Source of the DNA: a virus
Taxonomy: Duplodnaviria; Caudoviricetes
Reading direction: 5' to 3' (one strand)
IMG/VR virus record: IMGVR_UViG_2836755666_000018
Span: 10,315-74,314 of that record
DNA: 64,000 bases
How positions within the stretch are numbered: the first letter of the stretch is position 1; every line of letters starts with the position of its first letter. A program made the position numbers and the translations under genes. The notes below the pieces were generated by a model, which saw nothing but the letters and a program-made list of their open reading frames with translations, was not told the DNA's origin and made no database searches. Positions 39,810-52,078 of this stretch are shown here, piece by piece.

Positions 39810-40205
39810 ATGAATGATTTGATAAAAATCCTGCAACTTTACTCACCTCTGATTAGTTTATTAACATTCTTTTTGGGCTTATATATTGGTAACAAACACG
39901 CCATAGGTAGAGATAAAAGACAAGAGTTTAATGAACGTGCTGAACCCATAATTGACTATTTTGATTATATGCAGTCATGGTTTGAACAACGGGGTTTTAC
40001 TACTGCATTCCTCTTACCAGAATCTGCCATAACATGCTTAATGCGACGGTTATCTAAAAGACAACAGAAACGCTTCGAAGCTTTAATTTGTCAATATCAA
40101 TCGACTTTTAATCAGCTCAAGCATGAAAAATCCAGAACGGATGAGGCATACAATTTATTATTAAAACAGGTGGCAGATATAAAACTATTTTTACGCTTAA
40201 AATAA
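39810..40205 (+). CDS. Moron-like membrane-anchored hypothetical protein
   Basis: Antisense to the late operon, N-terminal hydrophobic helix, RBS AAGGAG. Confidence 0.7.
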   Translation: MNDLIKILQLYSPLISLLTFFLGLYIGNKHAIGRDKRQEFNERAEPIIDYFDYMQSWFEQRGFTTAFLLPESAITCLMRRLSKRQQKRFEALICQYQSTFNQLKHEKSRTDEAYNLLLKQVADIKLFLRLK

Positions 40206-40212
40206 ATCAAAA

Positions 40213-40665
40213 TTAACCACTACACTGTGTCTTGATGTACTGCTGTAAATATTCCGTCTGTTTTTCGTTCTCAATCATCATCTTTCTGAGACGGAAATAA
40301 TCTTGTCGAGCTGCTTCGCTAAATTGTGAGGTGGCTTCATCATATCGGCTCTTGGTGGTAACGATTTTGGATGTACGACACACGGCGTTGACGCGCAACC
40401 GCTGAGTGCCAGCGCGAACAGCATCATGCAGCTTATCCAGTTCAGCGTTGGCATTGTTCAGTTCCTCGGTGTGTTGAATATCGAGTTGGTGTAAAGCATC
40501 GATTTTTTGCTGTTGTAATTTCACCGCTTCAATTTGTGCGTGATATTGCTGTTTTAGTGTGTGGTATTGTGTTTTCAGATTTTTGTAGTTTGATAAGACA
40601 ACGCTGAGATAAATCATCAATCCAACAATGATTATCAAGATGGGTGTGACAGGTCTCCATAACAT
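40213..40665 (-). CDS. Rz-like i-spanin
   Basis: N-terminal TM, coiled coil, GTQRLRVNAVC...YLQQYIKTQC. Confidence 0.88.
   Translation of the reverse strand: MLWRPVTPILIIIVGLMIYLSVVLSNYKNLKTQYHTLKQQYHAQIEAVKLQQQKIDALHQLDIQHTEELNNANAELDKLHDAVRAGTQRLRVNAVCRTSKIVTTKSRYDEATSQFSEAARQDYFRLRKMMIENEKQTEYLQQYIKTQCSG
40278..40454 (-). CDS. Rz1-like o-spanin embedded in Rz
   Basis: Alternate frame MPTLNWISCMMLFALALSGCAST..., lipobox LSGC, Pro-rich. Confidence 0.75.
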   Translation of the reverse strand: MPTLNWISCMMLFALALSGCASTPCVVHPKSLPPRADMMKPPHNLAKQLDKIISVSER

Positions 40666-41117
40666 ATTACGCTCTCAATTTCCCGCCGGGTCATTAACCC
40701 TTTCCATTTTCTACCATCAACATGAACCCATCGTCTCATTTCATCACAAGCGCCTTTTCGGTCATCAGCGTTGAGCTTTTTGAGTAACGTGGATTTAGCG
40801 AAATTCCCCACGCCCACGTTGTATGCAAATGAGTAAAGGGCTGCCTGAGTGAGTGTATTGATACTGACCTTAATCAGTGGGTCAACGTAACGTTTTACCG
40901 CTTTTAAATCGTCATCAAGCCATTTATCGCAGTCTTTTTGCGTGTACGTCCGGTTACGCTCAATATCGTTGCCGGTATGCCCGTAGCAAACAGAAAGCAC
41001 ACCGCCACCGTCAAAATAGGGATTAAGTCTTAATCCTTCGAAATGCGTTATCATGCTTGAGGCCAGAAACAACGCACTACCGCCCGTTGCCATCACTATT
41101 TTTTTCGGTATCTTCAT
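40635..41117 (-). CDS. SAR-type lysozyme (GH24 endolysin)
   Basis: FEGLRLNPYFD...CYGHTG...FAYNVG...GLMTRREIE. Confidence 0.93.
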   Translation of the reverse strand: MKIPKKIVMATGGSALFLASSMITHFEGLRLNPYFDGGGVLSVCYGHTGNDIERNRTYTQKDCDKWLDDDLKAVKRYVDPLIKVSINTLTQAALYSFAYNVGVGNFAKSTLLKKLNADDRKGACDEMRRWVHVDGRKWKGLMTRREIESVICYGDLSHPS

Positions 41118-41319
41118 ACTGACGCTCTTTGAGTTTGTACTCCCTTCGGCGGTAGTACACGTTGATTAAAAATGTCCCTATCGTGCAGCCGATACCCATC
41201 ACTGCAACCCACTGGTCAAGGGTTAAAAAATCAAAAATCGTTGTTGTAACGCCACCGATGGTGGTCATAATGCCCCACAGATAGGCAGCAGGTGTTGAAT
41301 ATTTTTCAGACATGCGCAT
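41077..41319 (-). CDS. Class II holin
   Basis: Two hydrophobic segments, basic tail NVYYRRRE, possible dual start MRM. Confidence 0.82.
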   Translation of the reverse strand: MRMSEKYSTPAAYLWGIMTTIGGVTTTIFDFLTLDQWVAVMGIGCTIGTFLINVYYRRREYKLKERQYEDTEKNSDGNGR

Positions 41320-41381
41320 ATACCCTCCCACTGAGGGTTCCATTGCTTTAAGTGATTGGTTGGATGACTTAAAAAGTTTAA

Positions 41382-41579
41382 TTAATCCATGAGTTTTCTT
41401 GCCAATGCTCTACACTGTATTTCCGTTAGTGGAAACTCAATAATGTTATTTCCGCTATGCGATATTCGTACTAACTTCCCTGACTGCTTATCGTCTATAA
41501 TGCTCAGTGCATAGATTGAGGGTTTGCATATGGTTAAACCCTCTTCGATTAAAATTGTCTTATTAATGAGGTCACTCAT
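41382..41579 (-). CDS. Hypothetical protein
   Basis: RBS AAGGAG, 65 aa. Confidence 0.55.
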   Translation of the reverse strand: MSDLINKTILIEEGLTICKPSIYALSIIDDKQSGKLVRISHSGNNIIEFPLTEIQCRALARKLMD

Positions 41580-41691
41580 GGGAATATTCTCCTTGTGAGG
41601 GTTCTATTGCTTTGTTTTGAACAGGGAGCCAGCCGCCTTACTCGTTTTAATGATTGTTTGTGTGAGTATTGCGGTGGCTTATTTTTAAAGC

Positions 41692-41928
41692 TTATTCAGG
41701 TTTTTTGGCAGGTAACACCGCCCAATAAGCATAATCTCTTGGTTTAAAGGTGACATACTCACCGTTATCCCAGCCTTGGAAATAGAGGAACTTGCCGGCT
41801 GAGTCAAAAGTCCCGACTACCTGGTTATAGTAATCTGCACTGTTAACGATAAGATATTGACGGGGGTATTCTTTTGTACCAGGTTTGACGCTAGAGGGAT
41901 GTAATTCAAGGTTTAATGTTTTAGTCAT
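41692..41928 (-). CDS. Hypothetical protein
   Basis: 78 aa ending WAVLP. Confidence 0.6.
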   Translation of the reverse strand: MTKTLNLELHPSSVKPGTKEYPRQYLIVNSADYYNQVVGTFDSAGKFLYFQGWDNGEYVTFKPRDYAYWAVLPAKKPE

Positions 41929-42063
41929 AAAATTTCTCTTTTTTGCTATTGTTATAAATTATCCAGTTCCTGGATATTGTTAATGACTCATCCCTAAAAC
42001 AAAAAAAAACACCTCAATGGGTGCTATTTTTGCGTATTCAATTTGTGAGTATTGCGGTGGCGT

Positions 42064-42091
42064 AAAACAAAAAACCTCGCAAAAGCGAGGT
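42064..42091 (-). terminator. Intrinsic terminator downstream of Q (tR'-like)
   Basis: ACCTCGC-TTTT-GCGAGGT followed by a T-run on the minus strand. Confidence 0.7.
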
Positions 42092-42170
42092 GAGCAAAAA
42101 AAAATAATTAATCGAGGTTTTATTTATCAGCGTACATTTCTGCTGGACGCAAAAATTCATCATGGGCACT

Positions 42171-42602
42171 TTAGCATACCTTTTGCGGCCGCACTAGTGT
42201 TTGATAACCGTTTGTATGATATTTGTACAATATGTCGATATCTAATTGAATATCAAGGGTTTCTAGGCATCCTAGAACAAATCCTTCCGCAATTTGCATT
42301 CTTTTTCGCACCTCATCCTCGCGTACCGCAAACTTTCGCGCAATAGCACGCTTCGATATCCCCCTGATGTAATAATCCTCGATATAATTCAACTCTCTCG
42401 CCATCCCCACCGTGTTAAGGCGACTGACGCACACATCAATCACCAGCCCATCCGCATCACTGCACGATAAGCGATTTGCGCCTGTAAACGGCATGAGGCG
42501 ACTAAAGCCGGAAGCCACTGACAGCCAGCTCACCGAGGCATACGGATTACCCGCACACCACCCGCCCCAGTGGAGTAGTATTTTCTCAATGTCTCTGCTC
42601 AT
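42171..42602 (-). CDS. Late antiterminator Q
   Basis: DIEKILLHWGGW...CSDADGL...ISKRAIA...AEGFVLGCL. Confidence 0.9.
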   Translation of the reverse strand: MSRDIEKILLHWGGWCAGNPYASVSWLSVASGFSRLMPFTGANRLSCSDADGLVIDVCVSRLNTVGMARELNYIEDYYIRGISKRAIARKFAVREDEVRKRMQIAEGFVLGCLETLDIQLDIDILYKYHTNGYQTLVRPQKVC

Positions 42603-42650
42603 GATCTTTTCGCTCCTGTTGTGAACGGCAATGTTTTTGGCACTCGTAGG

Positions 42651-42843
42651 TGTAACAACCGTAACGACCGTAACAACCTTTTTGTATTAATATCTTTAGG
42701 GACATATATTACTAACGCGCGTATTGATTTCAAAAAAGGTTGTTACGGTTGTTACACTAACTTTAACCTATTGATATTAAATAGATTAATAGTGTAACAA
42801 CCTGACGGATTTTAGGTCGTTACAGGTCGTTGCAGGTTGTTAC
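42651..42843. other. Helper origin-like block: GTAAC(A/G)ACC iterons in both orientations with IHF site
   Basis: Multiple GTAACAACC/GGTTGTTAC copies at the primase 3' end; TATCAATAGGTTA on the minus strand. Confidence 0.65.
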
Positions 42844-44756
42844 TCAGCTCCCAAACCCTGCAAACTTTTCCATCAACGCGACGCAAAATTTGTTTATACC
42901 CACAATTTAATAAAACATTGCCAATTCGCATTTGTTCCCTTCGCGATATATTTTTCGGTTCAAGGTTCAATGCTTCACGCAAAATATCCGCAGAACGTAA
43001 AAATTCCCGTGCCCGTGGTTTTTGGCCTGTCATTAAATCCGGTTCATCTAACCAACGCTCGATAATTTCCTGCCATGCATCTTTGATAAAATATTTTTCA
43101 TGTACCTGATTAGCCAATTGCTCTGCTTCTTTAAATTGAATCCCTGTTTTGGTAAATAGCTCTCGCGCTTCCGCCCAAAACTGAATCACATCCTTTTTGA
43201 TACCTTCTACATCCATTTTTCCAACTTCAACAGGCAGCCAACGACGATTACCGGTTTTATCGCCTAAAAATTCATCTTCATTTGTCGTACCAATACTCAA
43301 TGAGCGTCTAGGAAACTGGGTGGCGAATTCTTTGAACTTGGGTATCCACTTTTCATGTGTCCGCGTGACAAAGGCTTTGATGGATTCCAGTTCTTTCGTA
43401 TTCAGTCCGCGTAATTCGCTAATTTCTGCCACCAGACAACCGCGCATCTTACGCGCCAGATCATCATCTTTTTCAGCAAAGGAAATTTCAGTGAAAAAAG
43501 CCGGATCAGGGGATAACGCTGCCACGACAGAAGATTTTCCAGCACCTTGAGCACCTACTAGGATCGGCACCATATCCGCTTTGATACCGGGCTTTAACAC
43601 GCGTCCCGCAAGGGCTGTCCACATATAGCGCGATACCGCACGCGTATAAGCACTATCCTCAGTGCCAAAATGGGTATGATAAAACTTTTCGATACGCGGT
43701 ATACCGTCCCATTCGAGGCTTTTAAGCCATTCCATGGCGGAATCAAAAGGATTTTCATCCGCAGCCAGTAATACCACATCACGGATTAACTCACGTCCAA
43801 CCGCTTTGAAGCCTCGTTTTTCCATTGTGATACGCAATCGGGAATAATCAGCATCAGTAAAGGTTTGCCATGCTTTAGTGCCAACAGGCGCAAACATGAT
43901 CTCATCACGGAAAGTATCAAACCGAATTTCTACACCGACAAAATCAGGGCACATAACCGCTTTAGCCGCATTGTCAATGGTCGCTTCTATTTGGCCTGAC
44001 GTTTTATTGCGTTTAAACGTAGGCCAGTTTGAATTTTCAGTAGGGTCTGTTAGATCTTCGAACTCATCAATTGTAGCAACCGCTGTTTTCAATCGCTCGG
44101 CACCGGGATTTACCCATCCTGCTTTTTGCGCTAAACTGAATATCGCTTGATAGCCTGTTCTTTCAGCACGTAGTTCAGGCCATTTGGCTTCGGCAGCGGA
44201 TATGTCTCCTTTATCGACGGCAGAAGACCAATCAAGCCACATCTTTTTAGCTTCATCTTCAAAGTGTGTGTCTTTAAACCAGGCGAGGCGATTGCCCATA
44301 TCCACCCATGAAGGGTAGTTCTCAGCCTGGTTTAACATTTTCGGATACCATAGTGCGGATCGTAAATCTTCAAACGTCTGGTCATTAATATTTTGCAAAT
44401 CGACTAGACGGGTTAAATCGTCATTATCAGGCTTAGGGAGATCAACCCGCTCAATAACAGGCGTATTATCGGAGGCTAAAAGCGTATCAACATCAACCAC
44501 TGTGCCTTCGAAACTTTCATACTTTGCCCCTTCATGCGGTGCAAAAACCATATGCGAAGGCTCATAGACAGAGCGATCCCACTTAATCGCCAAATCGCTG
44601 AGCAATTCGAAACAATCCATCAACTCCTGCTCAATCCGTGGTCCTAGTTGTGCATACTCTAATGCAGTTGTCACCGATCATGCAAAACTGATCCACTAAC
44701 GATCATCTAAAACTGATCCACTTGGTATTATTCGCACATTTTTGTACGGATAATTT

Positions 44757-46545
<1,789 letters not shown>

Positions 46546-47036
46546 AACAGTGGATCAATTTTGATTGATCGGATTTAGATAAAAAGTGGATCAGTTTTCG
46601 GTGATCGTTGACATGCAGTCACCTCACGGGATAACAAAAAACCAATACGCCAGCGTTGTTCACCCTGCGCAACAGGATGTTCATGGCTTGCGGTGGTATA
46701 GGCAAAACATTGATAAAATCCGAGAATGCCTGTAAGCATTTCCCACGCATCCAGGGTACACCCATCCATGTCAAGCCATAACACGCTGCGGTTACCCGCA
46801 TTAAGTGCGTTACGCCCTTTCTTGGCATTTTTCATTGCACCCCAGATATAATTAAGGGCTTTTTTCTTTTTGTCGAAAATGGCTTTTGTATCAAAGGGAC
46901 TAATATTAATACGTTTGGTTAATTTTTTGATCGCCTGCTGATACTCGGCAAAAGAGCCCGCAACAGCAGGACTCGGGCGCTGATCACTCACACTACGCCC
47001 GACAGAATAATTGATTTGCATGGGTTATTTGGCCTT

Positions 47037-47243
47037 TCATCGAACAATAGCTGTATATAAAAGTTTCTCAAGAGATCTTACTGTTGATATACGTGGATTT
47101 GTGTGTATCCCCGCTAATAAACGACTAATTGTTGATTGTGGTACACCTGTAAGTTTAGCTATTTGATTTTGGGTATATCCCAAATCGAGCAAGTATTTCA
47201 CTATATCTTTGGGAGTTAATTCGTGCATAGATTTCGGCTCCAT
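47037..47243 (-). CDS. Cro-like HTH regulator
   Basis: TQNQIAKLTGVPQSTISRL, divergent from cI. Confidence 0.85.
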   Translation of the reverse strand: MEPKSMHELTPKDIVKYLLDLGYTQNQIAKLTGVPQSTISRLLAGIHTNPRISTVRSLEKLLYTAIVR

Positions 47244-47265
47244 TGGTATATTATGAACTTAAATT

Positions 47266-47335
47266 ATCCGAAAAAGCATTGACAATCAACCCGAATTTGG
47301 TTTCTTGTAGAAACCTCAAATATGCAATAACGCAT
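47266..47335. promoter_or_regulatory. OR-like operators (3 sites)
   Basis: ATCC-N6-GCAT 47266, ACCC-N6-GGTT 47289, ATGC-N6-GCAT 47322. Confidence 0.6.
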
Positions 47336-47366
47336 AATAATTCGATGAATAAGAAGGAAAAGAAAA

Positions 47367-48047
47367 ATGGCACTTGACTACGATATTTTAAAAAAAAACA
47401 TAAAATATTTAATGCAAAATACAGGTATTAGTAGCGTTACAGAACTTTCAAAACGTGTGAAAATGCAACAATCGACACTGCAACGAATGTTAGTAGGGGA
47501 AGTAAAAGATCCTAAGTACGTTACTCTAAAACAAATAGCTGAATTTTTTAAAATATCTCCAGTAGATTTAATTGAGTGCGACCTGCAGGAAAACCCACCA
47601 CGCACTTTAGTAGAAGTGGATGGCGACCCGTATGATTATTTAATATTTAAAGAAGTGCCAGTATTGGGTAATACTCAAGTTGGGCACGGTAGCTATTGGC
47701 CAAACATGAAGCATCCCGTAGAAAATAGAGGTGGTTACATACGTTGGCCTTCTTATGATGAAAATGCTTACGCATTAAAAAGTGTCGATGATTCTATGAT
47801 ACCTAGAATTAAAGAAGGTGAATTTATAATTGTAGAGCCAAATCATATCTATCACCCAGGTGATGAAGTTTTAGTTGTTACGGAAGAAGGTCAGGTAATG
47901 GTAAAAACATTTTTATTTGAACGAGATGCTCTTTACCATTTGTTACCTGTAAATGAAAATGTTGCTCCAATAAAAATACCTAAAAAGAAGGTTACGATAA
48001 TTCAATATATTGCGGGTATCGCAAAGTCATCTCTTTGGCACACCTAA
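47367..48047 (+). CDS. CI-like repressor (HTH + S24 peptidase)
   Basis: HTH QQSTLQR; DSMIP and VKT catalytic motifs. Confidence 0.9.
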   Translation: MALDYDILKKNIKYLMQNTGISSVTELSKRVKMQQSTLQRMLVGEVKDPKYVTLKQIAEFFKISPVDLIECDLQENPPRTLVEVDGDPYDYLIFKEVPVLGNTQVGHGSYWPNMKHPVENRGGYIRWPSYDENAYALKSVDDSMIPRIKEGEFIIVEPNHIYHPGDEVLVVTEEGQVMVKTFLFERDALYHLLPVNENVAPIKIPKKKVTIIQYIAGIAKSSLWHT

Positions 48048-48096
48048 TAAATTTAAAAAAAAATTAAAGTCTCATATAGCGAAACTTTTTAAGATA

Positions 48097-48187
48097 ATGC
48101 AATTATGGGTTGACAGCTAATGCAGTTTGGCATATAAATATCACATAAGGTAATGCGTTTATGGGTTACTTCTTAGCTCTTTAACAA
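48097..48187 (+). promoter_or_regulatory. pL-like promoter, OL-like operators and boxA
   Basis: TTGACA 48110, 17 bp, TATAAA 48133; ATGC-N6-G(G/C)(G/A)T at 48097, 48120, 48153; GCTCTTTAACAA 48176; second boxA CGCTCTTTAACA at 48819. Confidence 0.7.
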
Positions 48188-48464
48188 TTTAGAAAGTCGA
48201 AATGTACAGCGCGTTATGTCTGTAGTAGTGCAGTGGTGCACGTTGCATAGAGTGCGATCCGCTCTTTGCAGGACAGCAATGTCAAGGGACAGGCAGCCAT
48301 AACAGAGTGTACAAACGCAAAAAACACTAATTATAGGTCATTTTGCGAAGTGGCCTATGGTGAGTGACGACAGTAATTCAAAAGGATTTAAGATATGACG
48401 AATGTAAAAAGCACCTATGAAATTAGGCGCTTTGAACAAAAAGCGGTTAGTACTGTGTTTTTAG

Positions 48465-48717
48465 TTAGTGGGTATCTCCTTGAGGAGATTGAATGGCAGA
48501 CTTTTCCAAGGTGTCAATATGTTTGGTTAGATCAGCAATGAGTGTTCGAGCCATCTGTGGATTAATAATAAAGAACTGAGTTTCCTGAGCTTCATTAATT
48601 GACTGCATAGGCGACGAAAGAAATTGAAATTTCAACGCCAGCGCATCGTAACCTGGTAAAGGACCGATTTTCCAACCAGCAATAGGAAACGTGGGAATAT
48701 CATTTTTTTTTAGACAT
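48465..48717 (-). CDS. BssS-like protein (start shifted by an A-run)
   Basis: IPTFPIAGWKIGPLPGYDALALKF resembles the recalled BssS motif HPLVGWDI...YDALMLRL; one fewer A gives MSKKNDIP. Confidence 0.65.
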
Positions 48718-49009
48718 AATTTTTTCTTCTTTGTTGTTGTAGAGAACAGCAAGGATACCACCGAGCCTGATGTGGTGAAAAGACAGGCGCAATAAATTTA
48801 AATGCAATTAAGCAGTACCGCTCTTTAACACCCTTTCGCTGAAAAAGCGTAACCACAAAACACCCAAACAGTCGGTTTTGGGGTGTGTGAAATAACCAAA
48901 ATACAGCCATTAAGTTAAAAGCCAACACCAGGGAACTACCAAGATGACTGTAAATATAATCCGGACACCTCCGGCACACACCACCAAAACCGATTTGTAT
49001 TTAGGAGAA

Positions 49010-49243
49010 ATGATGAAATTTGAAGAATTGAGTGAAAAATCTCAAGAGAAAGCCAGCGAAGCGTTACGGTATGCATTACAGGCAGAAATGGATTCAAATC
49101 GCGCTATCGATAAGGTCAGGGCGAAAGCACTTGCATCGGCCATCAGAGATGGTTTTATTGCGCTGGAAAGAGAAGCATCAGAAAAAGATGCTGGTAAAGA
49201 TTGTGGCAAAGATAATATGAATTTTGGTTTTGCTAATTCATGA
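49010..49243 (+). CDS. Hypothetical phage early protein
   Basis: MMKFEELSEKSQEKA..., RBS AGGAG. Confidence 0.6.
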   Translation: MMKFEELSEKSQEKASEALRYALQAEMDSNRAIDKVRAKALASAIRDGFIALEREASEKDAGKDCGKDNMNFGFANS

Positions 49244-49525
49244 TGTGTACGGTAACCAGGCTTCCCAATCGTCAACCATGCTACAAACTATTATAGATGG
49301 ACTACCATAAGATAGAGGATGGGCAATACGATTAACTTGATTGCATATATCTTTTGCGGTGTTAGATGTATCACCTTGATATGTGGCATCTGGTAATTTT
49401 AGCAGTCTGTTATTATCGCTCATGAGTGTTCGATAAAATCCAAGTGATTTCATCCTTTCATGAAGAATTTCATATTGCTTTGAATCAGCATCATGCAGTT
49501 CAACTCGCGCCATATATTTAGCCAT
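49238..49525 (-). CDS. DUF2622/GhoS-like (Cas2-fold) protein
   Basis: MAKYMARVELHDADSKQYEILHERM...GFYRT...LPDATY. Confidence 0.7.
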   Translation of the reverse strand: MAKYMARVELHDADSKQYEILHERMKSLGFYRTLMSDNNRLLKLPDATYQGDTSNTAKDICNQVNRIAHPLSYGSPSIIVCSMVDDWEAWLPYTS

Positions 49526-49547
49526 TGTTAATATCGTCTCTCTTTTA

Positions 49548-49599
49548 TGTGTTGTGGGAAACACATAGTAACCTGTTTTGTGTGTTGTGGGAATACACA
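49548..49599. repeat. Tandem direct repeat TGTGTTGTGGGAA(A/T)ACACA
   Basis: Two copies, each able to form a small hairpin. Confidence 0.6.
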
Positions 49600-49818
49600 A
49601 AAGGGGGCGAGCCTGACGCGCCAGAAATATCAGGCATACCCTATCTAGTCCATCCCATCGGAAAAACCACCATGCAAAAAGCAAAAATCCTGTCATCGGA
49701 GCGATTTCCGATGAACAACAACGTCCGGCGCATACGCTATGTACAAAAATTAGAAGCGCTAAAACGCAATGGCAATCACCAGTTCCCTGTCACTATATAC
49801 CGTTGAGGTCAACGCATA

Positions 49819-50775
49819 ATGCTTACCACAAATACTCCCCTGCTGGCAAGACTGGCAGAAAACCACACGCAAATGATCATGGCGCACAATCAACTAGCCG
49901 AAGCCCATAAAATGTTAATCAGTCAGTTGGTCGCACATACTGAAAATGACCCCAGTGACCCAAACGAACCAACAGGGGCGAACAAACCAAAACCCTTCAC
50001 ACCGGACGTTAAGCCTCAACCTGTCGTGCCATCAGCTATGGTTGAGCCTCAAGAAGTGATTGAGCCTAAAATTACTATCGAAGTGCCCGCTAGCGCTGAA
50101 GACAAACCAACACCGGTTGTCGCCGAGAAAAAGGTTAAAACCCTTCGGGCAGAAACCAAACCTGCTAAAGCCGTTAAACCGATTGTTGAAACCCCTAAAG
50201 TAGCGCCTAAAGAAGAGCCTAAAGTAGAACTTAAGCCCGAACCGGTTGATATTGAATCGCTTGATTTGCGTCACGTCGTCGCCCTATCCGTCTTGTTTGG
50301 TGACAAAGCGCTTAAACCTGACAGTACGCAAGTCGCTAAAGCCACCGCAACGCTTGCATCTGAGAAAGCAAATAGTGTTACCGGACAAATTGATGCACTT
50401 TATTGCGCCTTAAATGGATTACCTAAGGTGACATTTCTTCCCAAAGTTAAAATTTTTACGATATGCCTAAAAACGTTGGCTAATTGGGATAATCTCTTTG
50501 GCATTACCGATCGTCGCGAATTTGCCTTGTCATTAGTGCGTGAATTGCCTACACCGGCGGAAGTGAAATTGGTAGAAGCTGAAGACCCACGAACTAAGTC
50601 TTCAAAACTGATCACTGAATTGGCAAAAAAAGGCTATCGGAATGAAGTCGTTAAAATACTCGATGAATTCAACGCTAAAAGGCTAGGTGATATTCCTGAT
50701 GACAATCTGGTTCAGTTTATCGAGAAAGCCCAACGCGTTTTAGCCAATGATAACGCCGAGGGTAGCGATGGCTGA
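49819..50775 (+). CDS. Hypothetical phage protein with Pro/Lys-rich linker
   Basis: 318 aa; C-terminal [13 protein letters not shown] motif typical upstream of DUF2800. Confidence 0.75.
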   Translation: MLTTNTPLLARLAENHTQMIMAHNQLAEAHKMLISQLVAHTENDPSDPNEPTGANKPKPFTPDVKPQPVVPSAMVEPQEVIEPKITIEVPASAEDKPTPVVAEKKVKTLRAETKPAKAVKPIVETPKVAPKEEPKVELKPEPVDIESLDLRHVVALSVLFGDKALKPDSTQVAKATATLASEKANSVTGQIDALYCALNGLPKVTFLPKVKIFTICLKTLANWDNLFGITDRREFALSLVRELPTPAEVKLVEAEDPRTKSSKLITELAKKGYRNEVVKILDEFNAKRLGDIPDDNLVQFIEKAQRVLANDNAEGSDG

Positions 50776-52066
50776 ACATGCAAAACTTTCCCCCTCCTCA
50801 GCACATAGATGGATGAGATGTAGCGCCAGTCTCGCAGTAGAAGCCACCTTACCCGATAAAACATCGCCATTTGCGGAAGAAGGCAGCGCGGCGCATGCGT
50901 TAGCGGAAAGTATCCTAACAATGCGTCAAAACCCGTTTAGCGAAGGGTGTAGACGAACCTACGGTTTTGATGCAAAGGATTATATCGGCACATATCCCTT
51001 GTTGAAAGCTAATTCGCCACAAGTGGATGAAGAGATGATTGAACACGTCCAGACCTATGTTGATACCGTCTGGCAACTAGCGGACGGGAAAATCCTACAG
51101 GTTGAAGAACGGGTGGATTTTTCAGCGGTCATTGGCGTAGAGAATTCTTTTGGTACCGCCGATGCGATTATTATCAGCGAGGATGAGCTACAAATCCATG
51201 ACCTAAAATACGGTAAAGGCGTTAAAGTGGATGCCCCGAACAACGAGCAGCTCATGCTTTATGCGCTGGGCGCTTTATATCAGTTTGACCTTGTTTATGA
51301 TTTCAAAACGGTTCGGCTTTTCATCCATCAACCCAGGCTTAACCATCTGTCTGAATGGGCGCTATCGGTTGAGGATTTAAAAGAATTTGGCGAACAGGCT
51401 AAATCAGGCGCGAAAAAAGCCATGGAGATGGTAACCCTCGCCGAGCGCAACGGGCTTGATGCGCTACCGGATAGTGCGTTTTCACCGGGTATCAAGCAAT
51501 GCCAGTTCTGCAAAGCAAAAGGCGGATTGTGTTTTGCTCAGGCGCAATTTATCCATAATGAAGTCAGAGGCGATTTTGTCGATTTAACTCAACCTTTGAA
51601 CCCCCAACTAAGTGATGCTATCAAACGCATTACGCTGCTAACCCCTGCACAAATGGCAAAACTCTACCAGCATGTCGATCTGGTAGAGAACTTTTGTAAA
51701 GCCCTACGAAATCGGGTCGCCGAAACATTACACAACGGGCAATCAGTACCGGGCTTTAAACTGGTGACTGGCAAACAGGGTAATCGCACCTGGGGTGATG
51801 AGCGTGAAGCCGAAGCGCTGTTAAAAGGCGCCAAACTTAAACAGGAACAAATCTACCACAAGAAAATTATCAGTCCACCACAGGCTGAAAAATTGCTTAA
51901 AAAAGACAAACCGAGTCGCTGGGCAAAACTGGAAGCACTTATTGAACGAGCAGACGGTAAACCCGTCATCGCACCGGAATCTGACCCAAGACCTGCCATT
52001 ATTACTAACCCCTTAAACGACTTTGACGATGTGACCGAAGCATCACTTGTTGATAAATCCATCTAA
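50768..52066 (+). CDS. DUF2800 PD-(D/E)XK nuclease-like protein
   Basis: [41 protein letters not shown]. Confidence 0.88.
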   Translation: MAEHAKLSPSSAHRWMRCSASLAVEATLPDKTSPFAEEGSAAHALAESILTMRQNPFSEGCRRTYGFDAKDYIGTYPLLKANSPQVDEEMIEHVQTYVDTVWQLADGKILQVEERVDFSAVIGVENSFGTADAIIISEDELQIHDLKYGKGVKVDAPNNEQLMLYALGALYQFDLVYDFKTVRLFIHQPRLNHLSEWALSVEDLKEFGEQAKSGAKKAMEMVTLAERNGLDALPDSAFSPGIKQCQFCKAKGGLCFAQAQFIHNEVRGDFVDLTQPLNPQLSDAIKRITLLTPAQMAKLYQHVDLVENFCKALRNRVAETLHNGQSVPGFKLVTGKQGNRTWGDEREAEALLKGAKLKQEQIYHKKIISPPQAEKLLKKDKPSRWAKLEALIERADGKPVIAPESDPRPAIITNPLNDFDDVTEASLVDKSI

Positions 52067-52078
52067 TTAAAAGGTAAC

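Noticed and set aside
41382-41928. APSE-type eukaryotic toxin cassette
   Set aside because: Only two tiny ORFs; no CdtB, Shiga-like or YD-repeat motifs seen
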